IMG/VR virus record: IMGVR_UViG_3300023174_000048
Span: 64,001 to 128,000 of that record
DNA length: 64,000 nucleotides
Source of the DNA: a virus
Lineage: Duplodnaviria; Caudoviricetes
Reading direction: 5' to 3' (one strand)
A program made the translations under genes and the position numbers. Below the pieces are notes generated by a model. The model worked only from the letters and a program-made list of their open reading frames with translations. It did not search any database and was not told the DNA's origin. How positions within the stretch are numbered: position 1 is the stretch's first letter; each line of letters starts with the position of its first letter. Below, in pieces: positions 36,292 through 45,661 of the stretch.

Positions 36292-37761
36292 ATGATTTTG
36301 TGTGATCCGTCGGCAGAAAGAGCCATTCTTAGTGGTATCTTAAAGTATGGTGAGGATGCCTATTTGGATATCGCTGATATCTTACAGGAATCTTCATTCA
36401 CCATAGATAGTAATCAGATAATATTCAAATGTCTGAAAAATATTTGTGAAAATGAACCAAAGACTAAAATTGATTTAGCATCTGTATACTCGTCAGCACA
36501 AGAACTGGGTTTATCTGAAGTTCTATCAAAAAAGGACGAGGCTCAGCATTTAAAGGCTATATTTGATTTTCCAGTTAATTTGGAAAATATTAGAAAATTC
36601 GCCTCTAAAATTAAGAAGCTAGAAATAGCAAGACTTCTTCATAAGGAAATGGATCAGGTCCAGGAAAGACTTCTGGATGTGACAGGAAGCGAATCCATAT
36701 CTAATATTATAGGAATAGCAGAAGAATCCATATTCAGCTTTTCCTCTTCGTTATCTAACGAGAGCGATGCTGCTCCAGCCTTTATTGCTGGAGATATTGA
36801 TAATTATATAGAATTTCTACAAATAAATAAGGTGGATCAAATTGGAATATCCACTGGATTTCCTGTTTATGATCAGGCTATTGGCGGAGGACTAAGAAAA
36901 GGAACGGTTAATGTTATTGCTGCCAGACCAAAGGTTGGTAAAACATTGTTATCCGATAATATTGGTTATTACATAGCAAGTAAATTAAAGATTCCAGTTT
37001 TGAATATGGATACGGAAATGACAAGAGAAGACCATATTCATAGAATTCTTGCCATGTCCTCTGAAATTGAGATCAATAAGATTGAGACTGGTAAATTTTC
37101 TGATACCCCAAGCACTTTCTCTAAGATACAAGAGGCTATCAAAGAGTTAAAAGAAAGTCGCTTATATCATAAGAGTATTGCTGGTAAGCCATTTGAAGAA
37201 CAACTATCTATAATGCGAAGATGGTTGGTCAAAGAAGTTGGACTTAATGACGATGGAACAGCAAAAGATTGCGTTATAATATATGACTATCTAAAACTAA
37301 TGGATAGTACGGGCATAAACCAAGACATGAAAGAATATCAGGTTCTTGGTTTCATGATGACGGCACTCCATAACTTTGCTATACAGTATAAGGTTCCAAT
37401 CTTATCATTCATTCAGTTGAATAGAGATGGAATCACAAAAGAAAGTACCGACACGGCCAGCGGATCTGACCGTATTATATGGTTGTGTAGCAACTTTACT
37501 ATTTTCAAAAGAAAGAGCGATGAAGAAATCGCTGAAGATGGACAAGACGCTGGTAATAGAAAATTAGTGCCCTTAATTAGTCGCCACGGAGGAGGACTAG
37601 ATGACAATGATTATATTAATTGTCATATGAAGGGGTGGTGTGCTAAGATAACAGAGGGTAAAACCAGACTAGAATTAATGAGCGGGTCGAACAAACAAAA
37701 GGACGGTTTCATAGTCGATGAAAACAATAATGAAGAAAAAAACGAAATACCATTCGTATGA
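36292..37761 (+). CDS. dnaB: replicative DNA helicase
   Basis: AERAILSG N-domain, ARPKVGKT, DTEM, DYLKL, QLNR, GSDRI. Confidence 0.95.
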   Translation: MILCDPSAERAILSGILKYGEDAYLDIADILQESSFTIDSNQIIFKCLKNICENEPKTKIDLASVYSSAQELGLSEVLSKKDEAQHLKAIFDFPVNLENIRKFASKIKKLEIARLLHKEMDQVQERLLDVTGSESISNIIGIAEESIFSFSSSLSNESDAAPAFIAGDIDNYIEFLQINKVDQIGISTGFPVYDQAIGGGLRKGTVNVIAARPKVGKTLLSDNIGYYIASKLKIPVLNMDTEMTREDHIHRILAMSSEIEINKIETGKFSDTPSTFSKIQEAIKELKESRLYHKSIAGKPFEEQLSIMRRWLVKEVGLNDDGTAKDCVIIYDYLKLMDSTGINQDMKEYQVLGFMMTALHNFAIQYKVPILSFIQLNRDGITKESTDTASGSDRIIWLCSNFTIFKRKSDEEIAEDGQDAGNRKLVPLISRHGGGLDDNDYINCHMKGWCAKITEGKTRLELMSGSNKQKDGFIVDENNNEEKNEIPFV

Positions 37762-38887
37762 TCAATATCAGTTAAAGCATTTATCTGATAAAGTATGCGA
37801 CGATATTGAAAATCTATTATTGTCTTTGGGAATAGATTCCTATAAGATGCTAGATAAGATGGTCACCATGAGTTGTCCTATTCATGGTGGAGATAATGAT
37901 TCAGCATTCAATCTGTATCATCAAGGGGATACGTATCGAGGTAACTGGAAATGTCGAACACATCAGTGCGAAAATGTTTTTAAATCATCAATAATAGGAT
38001 TTATTAGAGGGTGCTTGTCTCATCAAGAAGGATGGTCTAAGTCTGGTGATGATATGGTCTCTTTTAATGATGCCTTACAGTTTGCTATAAGCTTTAGTAA
38101 GCATGATCCGTCCGACCATAAACAAACAAGAAAAGCTAAAGAAAAAAATAACTTTGTTAACGCGGTTAAGAATATAACTCCAGATAGTCAAAATAAACCA
38201 CAACTAGTTCCTAGGTCTTTGGTCACTAAGGCACTAAATATACCATCAAAATATTTTATAGATAGGGGTTTTTCCAAAAACGTTCTTATTAAATATGATG
38301 TTGGAGACTGTATAGGACAAGGAAAAGAAATGAGCAGCAGGGCTGTGGTTCCTGTTTATGATAATGATATGACAGGAATGGCAGGATGTACTGGTCGTAG
38401 CATATTTGACAAATGCAACGAATGCTCGTGCTTTCATGATTCTCAACAATCATGCCCCGAAGATAAAGAAAAATGGTTAAGTTCTAAATGGAAACATAGT
38501 AAAAATTTTAAGACACAAGAATATCTATATAATTACTGGTTTGCTAAAGACTTTATTTTAAAAACTAAAACCGTTGTAATCGTTGAAAGTCCTGGAAATG
38601 TATGGAGACTAGAAGAATCTGGTATACATAACTCTGTAGCTATTTTTGGATCTTCTCTGAGCCATAAACAAAAAATGCTTTTAGACATATCCGGAGCAAT
38701 GAATATAGTTACTATAATGGATAATGATGTTGCTGGTCAAGAAGCGTCAAAACAAATAGAATTAAAATGTGGAAGAACATACAACATCAAGCATATCAAA
38801 TTATCCTCTAATGATGTTGCAGAAATGTCTCCCGATCAGATTAAGCAAGAAATTTTACCGCAAATACAGGACTATCAATTATGCTAA
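37718..38887 (+). CDS. dnaG: DNA primase (CHC2 zinc finger + TOPRIM)
   Basis: CPIH..C..C, YFIDRG, GCTGR, VES.., MDND..G. Confidence 0.85.
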   Translation: MKTIMKKKTKYHSYDQYQLKHLSDKVCDDIENLLLSLGIDSYKMLDKMVTMSCPIHGGDNDSAFNLYHQGDTYRGNWKCRTHQCENVFKSSIIGFIRGCLSHQEGWSKSGDDMVSFNDALQFAISFSKHDPSDHKQTRKAKEKNNFVNAVKNITPDSQNKPQLVPRSLVTKALNIPSKYFIDRGFSKNVLIKYDVGDCIGQGKEMSSRAVVPVYDNDMTGMAGCTGRSIFDKCNECSCFHDSQQSCPEDKEKWLSSKWKHSKNFKTQEYLYNYWFAKDFILKTKTVVIVESPGNVWRLEESGIHNSVAIFGSSLSHKQKMLLDISGAMNIVTIMDNDVAGQEASKQIELKCGRTYNIKHIKLSSNDVAEMSPDQIKQEILPQIQDYQLC

Positions 38888-39612
38888 TATTAGGAATCTC
38901 TGGAAGGAAGCAGTCCGGAAAAAGCACAATAGGCAATTTTATACTATCTCTATATCTTGCTAAGCTAGGATATTGTGAAAAAATTTATATGGATGAAGAT
39001 GGTCAATTATTGATTTCTGATATTCTGGGAGACACTAGGTATGAAGGTATTTTTGATATTAAAAAATTAGTGGATACATACAATGATCCAAGATTTATAC
39101 AAGCTATTAATAAGCTTAATTCAAAGGTAAAAATATACAATTTTGCTGATATTTTAAAAACAGACATCTGTATTAATATGCTAGGATTAACATATGATCA
39201 GTGCTACGGAACAGATGATAATAAAAACGAAATGACAAACATAGTATGGAACGATAAGAAACTATCTGCTAGAGATGTTATGCAAGTTGTAGGCACTGAT
39301 ATTTTTAGAAAATTAGATACTAATGTGTGGGTTAGATCCACTATTAATAAGATTATTAGAGATAAACCAGACCTTGCTGTTATTACTGATTGTCGATTTC
39401 CTAACGAAGTAGATTCTATTAAGCAAAGTGGTGGAAAGGTTATAAGATTAACTAGAAATCCATTTCAATCAGATCATCTAAGCGAAACAGTATTAGATAA
39501 AGACAACTATGATTGGTCTAATTTTGATTATGTAGTAGAAAATTCTGATATTACTCTTCTTGATCAATTTACTCAGATTAAAAAACTATTAGAGGAGATA
39601 TTACCATTATAA
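38881..39612 (+). CDS. deoxynucleoside monophosphate kinase
   Basis: GISGRKQSGKST, FADILK, RDVMQVVGTDIFR, DCRFPNE. Confidence 0.85.
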   Translation: MLILGISGRKQSGKSTIGNFILSLYLAKLGYCEKIYMDEDGQLLISDILGDTRYEGIFDIKKLVDTYNDPRFIQAINKLNSKVKIYNFADILKTDICINMLGLTYDQCYGTDDNKNEMTNIVWNDKKLSARDVMQVVGTDIFRKLDTNVWVRSTINKIIRDKPDLAVITDCRFPNEVDSIKQSGGKVIRLTRNPFQSDHLSETVLDKDNYDWSNFDYVVENSDITLLDQFTQIKKLLEEILPL

Positions 39613-39634
39613 TCTTGTGTTTAAATAAATATTT

Positions 39635-39646
39635 GGTGTATACTAT
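39635..39646 (+). promoter_or_regulatory. GGTGTA motif, putative phage promoter
   Basis: Intergenic GGTGTATACTAT, 35 nt upstream of 39670. Confidence 0.55.
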
Positions 39647-39669
39647 ACTATACACATAAAGGGATTTAA

Positions 39670-40194
39670 ATGCAAAAAATATATAATATATCAAAAGAAT
39701 ATTTAATAGAGCATTATACGAAACAAAAAAAGAGTGCTCAAATAATTTGTGAAGAATTGAATATAAAATCTAAAACAGTAATATTTCGATTATTAAAAAA
39801 ATACAATATACCTATAAATGTAATCAGCAGAGAAGGCCGTCCCCGCAATAATACTAAAAAGTTTGGAGACATACATCAATCATATATTTATATTCTAAAA
39901 AATAGAGCAAAAAATAAAAACCTAGTGTTTAATTTAACTGGAAATGATTTGTGGTCTTTATTTTTAAAACAAAATAAAAAATGTGCCTTGTCTGGTCTAA
40001 CTATTATTTTTCCTTCTGCTTGGGGTGCTAAATCGAAAACACAAATTACTGCTTCTTTAGACAGAATAGACTCTACTCAAGGATATATTAAAGACAATGT
40101 GCAATGGGTACATAAAAAAATTAATAGTATGAAAATGGATATGACAGATCAAGAATTTATCTCTTTATGTAAAATGGTAGCAAAACACTCATGA
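39670..40194 (+). CDS. free-standing HNH-type homing endonuclease
   Basis: CALSG..ASLDRIDSTQGYIKDNVQWVH...N.MK; N-terminal HTH. Confidence 0.8.
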   Translation: MQKIYNISKEYLIEHYTKQKKSAQIICEELNIKSKTVIFRLLKKYNIPINVISREGRPRNNTKKFGDIHQSYIYILKNRAKNKNLVFNLTGNDLWSLFLKQNKKCALSGLTIIFPSAWGAKSKTQITASLDRIDSTQGYIKDNVQWVHKKINSMKMDMTDQEFISLCKMVAKHS

Positions 40195-41231
40195 TAATAA
40201 CATATTTTAGAAGTTCATCTTATAACACACATTCTCTTTGCGAACAGCAATATTTTGGTGAGTACGTACTGGGGTGGCGAGGATTGTCTGGCCAAAAAGC
40301 AGATAAAGGAACTATTACTCATAAAGTTCTTGAAATTTTAGCGGTTATGAAAAAAGCCGAGCAAGATGGACAAACTACTATTGATGACGATCTTATCGGA
40401 TTAGTTGATATTAATAATTATGATTTAAATAATTTAATAGAGAAAGTATATACCTATTATACTAATAATGCTCAGCACCATAAATGGTCAGCCAAAGATC
40501 ATAGAGACTGTAAAGACTGGGTTTATAAGGCTATAGAATTTAATGGCGGAATGTTTGATCCTAGAAAAAGAAATATTCTTTGTCCAGAACAACACTTTGA
40601 TTTTGAGATTAAAAAACCCTGGGCTAAATACTCTTATGATATTGGCGGAGAAAAACTTGAGGGCAATCTAGCACTAAAGGGCACAATTGACTTAATAACA
40701 CTGGTTAATGATTCTACAATAGAAGTAATAGACTGGAAAACTGGAAAAAGATTAGATTGGGCTACTGGAGAAGAAAAAACCCAAGAGAAGCTAGAAAAAG
40801 ATCCACAGTTAAAGATCTATCACTATGCAATAAAACATCTTTATCCTCATATTAAGAATATAATATTTTCAATATATTTTATTAATGATGGTGGACCATT
40901 CTCCATTTGTTTTCATGATTCTGATCTAGCATCAACAGAAGATATGCTAAGACAAAAATTTGAAGCAATTAAAAGCACTAAAAAGCCAAGACTACATAAA
41001 AGCTGGATGTGCAGTAAGTTGTGTCATTTTGGCAAAACAACATTTGATGGAACTCATATTCAGCCAATAGAGGAATACAGAGATGGACAAGTATGCAAAG
41101 TTGGTCAAACCATGACAAAGTGCGAACAGATAAAACATGACCTTGATCTTTATGGAATCGACACTACAATTGGATTGTACAAGAACAAGAATCATTCGTT
41201 TGGAAGTTACAAAGCCCCCGGATCAATATGA
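40191..41231 (+). CDS. Cas4/RecB-like PD-(D/E)XK exonuclease with probable Fe-S ligands
   Basis: C near the N-terminus, G...HKVLE, GTIDLI, DWKTG, QL..Y, CSKLC..C. Confidence 0.85.
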   Translation: MIITYFRSSSYNTHSLCEQQYFGEYVLGWRGLSGQKADKGTITHKVLEILAVMKKAEQDGQTTIDDDLIGLVDINNYDLNNLIEKVYTYYTNNAQHHKWSAKDHRDCKDWVYKAIEFNGGMFDPRKRNILCPEQHFDFEIKKPWAKYSYDIGGEKLEGNLALKGTIDLITLVNDSTIEVIDWKTGKRLDWATGEEKTQEKLEKDPQLKIYHYAIKHLYPHIKNIIFSIYFINDGGPFSICFHDSDLASTEDMLRQKFEAIKSTKKPRLHKSWMCSKLCHFGKTTFDGTHIQPIEEYRDGQVCKVGQTMTKCEQIKHDLDLYGIDTTIGLYKNKNHSFGSYKAPGSI

Positions 41232-43096
41232 CAAAAACATATTCAGTTCTTCATGCTCATTCTCACTATAGTCTTTTAGACGGAATTAGTAAACCTAGTC
41301 AAATAGCGGAAAGGTGCGTTAATGCCGGAATTAAAACCTGTGCAATAACTGATCATGGAACTATTTCCGGATGTGTTCAGTTTTATCAGGCGATGAAGGT
41401 CAAAAAGATTAAGCCAATATTAGGTTGTGAACTTTATATATCTAAAAACGACTCCCTCATTAAAGAGAAAGAGAATAAAGATTTAAGTCATTTCCTCGTT
41501 CTTGCTAAAAACCTAGCAGGATGGAAGACCCTTGTAAAAATCATATCTGAAACTAATAGAACAGACAACTTCTATCATAAGCCTAGAATTAGTTTTGATA
41601 GATTGGCACCTATGCTGGACGGAAATATAATAGGATTTTGTGGTCATTTAGGATCAAGTATATCAGACTTGGTTCAGGAAAATCCCGATAACTATACTGA
41701 TAAGGCAATGTCTTTTATAGACTATATGAAAGAAATATTTGGCAAAGATAATTTCTTTTTAGAAGCCCAACTCATGGATCAGGAACTAAATCCTAAACAA
41801 AAAGAAATGACAGATATAATGAGACAATTATCTGTTAAGACTAAAACTAAAATAATAGCCACTCCAGACGCTCACTATTGTGAAAGAAAAGACGCTATTG
41901 ATCAAAGGATTTTATTATGTAATAATCTTAAGACAACTTTAATAGATATAAATAAGAAACTCTTGGCTAATGAGGAAGTGCCAATGGGTTGTTTTTTTAA
42001 ATCGGACAACTATCATATTCCAGATCCAGAAGAAATGACGAAGTGGCATACTAGCGAAGAAATTGAAAATACTCTATATGTTGATTCAATGTGCGAAGAG
42101 TATTCTATTCTTAGTAAGCCAGCCCTTCCTGCCTTTGAATGTCCAAACAACTCTAATCCAGAAGAATATCTGAGACAATTATGTAGAGATGGTTGGCGAG
42201 AGAAGATAATGAATGATATTCCAGAGTCTGAGCATACCAAATATGCAGACAGAGTAAAATTAGAATTAGATATTTTACAAAAAGCTGGATTATCTAGTTA
42301 CTTTCTTATAGTACAAGATATTGTAAACTATGTTAAAAAGAGTGGATGGCTTCCCGGAGCAGGAAGAGGAAGTGCTGCAGGATGTTTGGTGTCATATCTT
42401 ATTGGTATTACTCAAATTGATCCTATCAAATATAATTTACTGTTTGAAAGATTTTATAATGAGGGCCGTAATACTGCGGATCATATTTCCATGCCAGATA
42501 TTGATGTTGATGTTCCAATTAATAAAAGAGAACAGATCATCGAATATATTAAAAATAAGTATGGTTCAGACAAGGTTTCTCAAATGATTACATTTAATAC
42601 TATGAAAGGCAGAGGTGCCTTAAAAGAAGTATTAAGAGTGTATGACAATATCTCTTTTGAAGAAATGAATCGAATAACGAAGTTCATTCCTGACGAAGCA
42701 AAAATTGCTGACGAATTACAGGAAATGAAAGAAGATACCGGAGAGGCATCTATTATCAGGTGGGCACTAGAAAACAATGTTGACAAACTGAAGGAGTGGT
42801 GCTATATTAGTGATGATGGTTCTCTTGCCGGACCTTTGGCCAAAAGGTTTGAACAAGCCATTCGACTTGAAGGAACTAAATCTAATCAATCCAAACATGC
42901 CGCCGGTGTAGTTATTAGTAGTCAAAGTCTCAGTGCTATTTGTCCCATGGTTTATGATTCTAAAAATAAACAAGCAATAGCAGGGATGGAGATGCAAGAT
43001 TTGGAAAATTTAGGTTTAATCAAATTTGATATTCTAGGCGTTGCTATGTTAGACAAAATTATGACCATATCAGAAATTTTATGCAAAGGAGAATAA
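41228..43096 (+). CDS. dnaE: DNA polymerase III alpha, N-terminal half (PHP + palm/thumb)
   Basis: HAHSHYSLLDG, GRGSAAG, PDIDVD, KHAAG, KFDILG. Confidence 0.95.
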   Translation: MTKTYSVLHAHSHYSLLDGISKPSQIAERCVNAGIKTCAITDHGTISGCVQFYQAMKVKKIKPILGCELYISKNDSLIKEKENKDLSHFLVLAKNLAGWKTLVKIISETNRTDNFYHKPRISFDRLAPMLDGNIIGFCGHLGSSISDLVQENPDNYTDKAMSFIDYMKEIFGKDNFFLEAQLMDQELNPKQKEMTDIMRQLSVKTKTKIIATPDAHYCERKDAIDQRILLCNNLKTTLIDINKKLLANEEVPMGCFFKSDNYHIPDPEEMTKWHTSEEIENTLYVDSMCEEYSILSKPALPAFECPNNSNPEEYLRQLCRDGWREKIMNDIPESEHTKYADRVKLELDILQKAGLSSYFLIVQDIVNYVKKSGWLPGAGRGSAAGCLVSYLIGITQIDPIKYNLLFERFYNEGRNTADHISMPDIDVDVPINKREQIIEYIKNKYGSDKVSQMITFNTMKGRGALKEVLRVYDNISFEEMNRITKFIPDEAKIADELQEMKEDTGEASIIRWALENNVDKLKEWCYISDDGSLAGPLAKRFEQAIRLEGTKSNQSKHAAGVVISSQSLSAICPMVYDSKNKQAIAGMEMQDLENLGLIKFDILGVAMLDKIMTISEILCKGE

Positions 43097-43097
43097 A

Positions 43098-43277
43098 ATG
43101 CAAAAACAATTTCATGAACTAGCGATTGGCGATAGGTTCACAGTTAATGGTGTTGAATATATTAAAACTGAAGAAGTTAGAGTTAGCTGTTGCAGAAGTA
43201 TCAATTGTTATGCTTCTTCTGACGCTAATCAAAAAGGACATTTTCCCGGAAATACAGAAGTTACAATAAATGGCTAA
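43098..43277 (+). CDS. 59-aa Cys-containing protein (absent from ORF track)
   Basis: Translated by hand: MQKQFHELAIGDRFTVNGVEYIKTEEVRVSCCRSINC...; AAGGAG RBS. Confidence 0.75.
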   Translation: MQKQFHELAIGDRFTVNGVEYIKTEEVRVSCCRSINCYASSDANQKGHFPGNTEVTING

Positions 43278-43965
43278 TCTACAAAAAATTTGTGTCTTTG
43301 ATTTGGAAACAGACGGAGTTAATCCTGATCTTTGCAGTCCAGTTCAAATTGCTGCGGTTATGGTTGATCCACTAAAATTAGAAATAGTTAAAGATTCAGA
43401 ATTCAATATTACCGTTAAGCCGTTGATACTAGAAGAAAAACCAGAGTATGTTTATTCTGATTCCGATGTTCTGGACTTTCATGCCAAGGTAAAAGGAAGT
43501 ACAAAAGATCAGATTTTAGAATCTTGGAAAGCATACCAGAAGCAAGAGCACGGATGGAATATGTTCATATCCTACCTGGAAATGTATCATATTAGATCCA
43601 GCGGTAAGAAGTCTTGTTTCACGGCACCTATTGCTGCTGGTTATAATATTAATAGGTTTGATCTTAGGATAATAGAAAGATTAAGTCAAAAATATAATAA
43701 TCTGAATAAAGAAGGACGATCCTCTTTGTTTTATCCTAGAGACGTGATAGATATCATGAATTTAGTATTTTATTGGTTTGAAGGAAATAGCGAACTAAAA
43801 AATTATACTCTAGATAACCTTAGAGATTATCTTGGTATAGATAAAGAAGGTGCTCACGATGCTCTTAAGGATGTTCAAGATACGGCAAATATCTTAATTA
43901 GATTTTTAAAGTTACACAGAAGCTTGTCAAATAAGATTAAGTTTAAATCATCATTTATTGGATAA
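43270..43965 (+). CDS. dnaQ: DEDDh 3'-5' exonuclease (epsilon-like)
   Basis: FDLETDG, GYNINRFD, HDALKD. Confidence 0.9.
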   Translation: MANLQKICVFDLETDGVNPDLCSPVQIAAVMVDPLKLEIVKDSEFNITVKPLILEEKPEYVYSDSDVLDFHAKVKGSTKDQILESWKAYQKQEHGWNMFISYLEMYHIRSSGKKSCFTAPIAAGYNINRFDLRIIERLSQKYNNLNKEGRSSLFYPRDVIDIMNLVFYWFEGNSELKNYTLDNLRDYLGIDKEGAHDALKDVQDTANILIRFLKLHRSLSNKIKFKSSFIG

Positions 43966-43973
43966 ATTAATTA

Positions 43974-45599
43974 ATGGGTAAGTTTTTTACGTTTGATTGT
44001 GGTTGCAAGTTTCCGGTTATAGGCGATAATGAGAATTTTCCAAGAATAGATTTTTCTCCAAAATTATCTAATATCAACCTTAACTGTGAAAAAACATGGG
44101 ATTTAATATCTCTTGGTAATACCAAAGGATGTTTTCAATTAGAATCCAGACTAGGCCAAACAATGGCCAGAAAACTTAAACCCCATAATATTGAGCAGTT
44201 ATCTGGATTAATTAGTATTCTCAGGCCAGGATGTCTTGAGGCTATGAGAGATGGTAAAAGCGTATCAAACCATTATATTGATAAAAAGAATGGATTAGCA
44301 TCTATTGATTACTTTCATACTGCCTTAGAACCTATTCTTAAAGATACATATTCTGAAATGATTTATCAAGAACAGGCTATGTCTATTGCTAAAGAATTAG
44401 CTGGATTTAATCTTAAAGAAGCAGACGATCTTAGAAAAGCAATTGGTAAAAAACAAGCGGATAAAATGGCTAAGGTCAAAGAACAATTTATTATTGGTTC
44501 AAAAAATAAGGGACTGATAAACGAGCAGGAAGCAGAACAAATCTTTGAATGGATTGAAAAAAGTCAAAGATATTTATTTAATGCTAGTCATTCTATTAGT
44601 TATGCAATGAATGCTTATCTGTCTGCTTATGCTAAGGCCCATTTCCCAAGAGTCTTTTTTGCTTCGTATCTTAGGTTTGCCAAAGATAAGATAGATCCTC
44701 AACAAGAGATTAAAGAGTTGGTTAGAAATGCTATTGAAATGGATATTGAAATAAGAATACCAGACTTTAGAAATTTAAATGAATTATTCATACTCAAGGA
44801 TAAAAAGATATATTTTGGATTAACAGATATTAAGGGTGTTGGTAATTCAGTATATAAAAAGATTATCGATCTTGTTAAAGATTGTGATGTTAATGAATTA
44901 TCTTGGTCACAAACCATGTCTATAGTTCTTTTAAATATAAACTCTATTGCGGCCAAAGCAATGATTAGTTGTGGGGCGTTTGACTATTTTAAAAAGAATA
45001 GATCAGAATTGTTATTTGAATATGAGATATGCAGCGGCTTAACAAAGAAAGAGTTGGGATCTTTTAATGACTATATATCTGTTAAACCAGAATCTGGAAT
45101 ATTAGACATATTAAGACACATATATGACAATACTAAGCTTATAAAAGGTAGGAAAGAGGCTATTAATAACTATATACAATCTATGATACGTCCTCCATAT
45201 TCTTTGGTTGATAAAATAGAATGGCTATCTGATTCAGAAAATGGTCTACTTGGGGTGGGAATTACTTGTTCCAAATTAGATGCTTATGATGTAAGTTCTG
45301 CAAATTGTAATTGTAAAACATTTAAAACATCTTTAATTAAAGATAATATTATATTAGTTGGTGAAATTTCTAATATCAATGTTACCAAAACAAAAAATGG
45401 TAAAAACCCCGGATTGGAGATGGCATTTGTAACGATTGAGGACCAGTTTGGTACACTAGATACTGTGGTCTTTTTTCCAGAACCATTCTCTCAATATAGA
45501 TCGTATTTATTTATAGGAAGCATACTTGTATTTTCTGGTAATCGTAGTAAGTCGAAGGATGGGCTGATTGTGGAAAAGTGCTTTAATCCAGTTTCTTGA
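43974..45599 (+). CDS. dnaE: DNA polymerase III alpha, C-terminal half (fingers, HhH, OB)
   Basis: GCFQLES, LRPG, IYQEQ, LRKAIGKK, FNASH, GLTDIKGVG, MAFVTIED. Confidence 0.95.
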   Translation: MGKFFTFDCGCKFPVIGDNENFPRIDFSPKLSNINLNCEKTWDLISLGNTKGCFQLESRLGQTMARKLKPHNIEQLSGLISILRPGCLEAMRDGKSVSNHYIDKKNGLASIDYFHTALEPILKDTYSEMIYQEQAMSIAKELAGFNLKEADDLRKAIGKKQADKMAKVKEQFIIGSKNKGLINEQEAEQIFEWIEKSQRYLFNASHSISYAMNAYLSAYAKAHFPRVFFASYLRFAKDKIDPQQEIKELVRNAIEMDIEIRIPDFRNLNELFILKDKKIYFGLTDIKGVGNSVYKKIIDLVKDCDVNELSWSQTMSIVLLNINSIAAKAMISCGAFDYFKKNRSELLFEYEICSGLTKKELGSFNDYISVKPESGILDILRHIYDNTKLIKGRKEAINNYIQSMIRPPYSLVDKIEWLSDSENGLLGVGITCSKLDAYDVSSANCNCKTFKTSLIKDNIILVGEISNINVTKTKNGKNPGLEMAFVTIEDQFGTLDTVVFFPEPFSQYRSYLFIGSILVFSGNRSKSKDGLIVEKCFNPVS

Positions 45600-45623
45600 C
45601 AGTGTACAGCGGCAGTTTATAAT
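45596..45623 (+). promoter_or_regulatory. consensus sigma70 promoter for ssb
   Basis: TTGACA-16 nt-TATAAT; AAGGAG RBS downstream. Confidence 0.85.
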
Positions 45624-45661
45624 ATGGTAGTTGCGAGTTTTCTTTCTTAAGGAGTTGATTT

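Noticed and set aside
40191-41231. CRISPR-Cas system
   Set aside because: Only a solo Cas4-like gene; no repeat-spacer array or other cas genes seen.
43097-43973. Group I/II intron or split intein explaining the interrupted dnaE
   Set aside because: The interval is fully occupied by two ORFs with their own starts, leaving no room for a ribozyme core. No intein blocks occur at either junction, and the frames differ.
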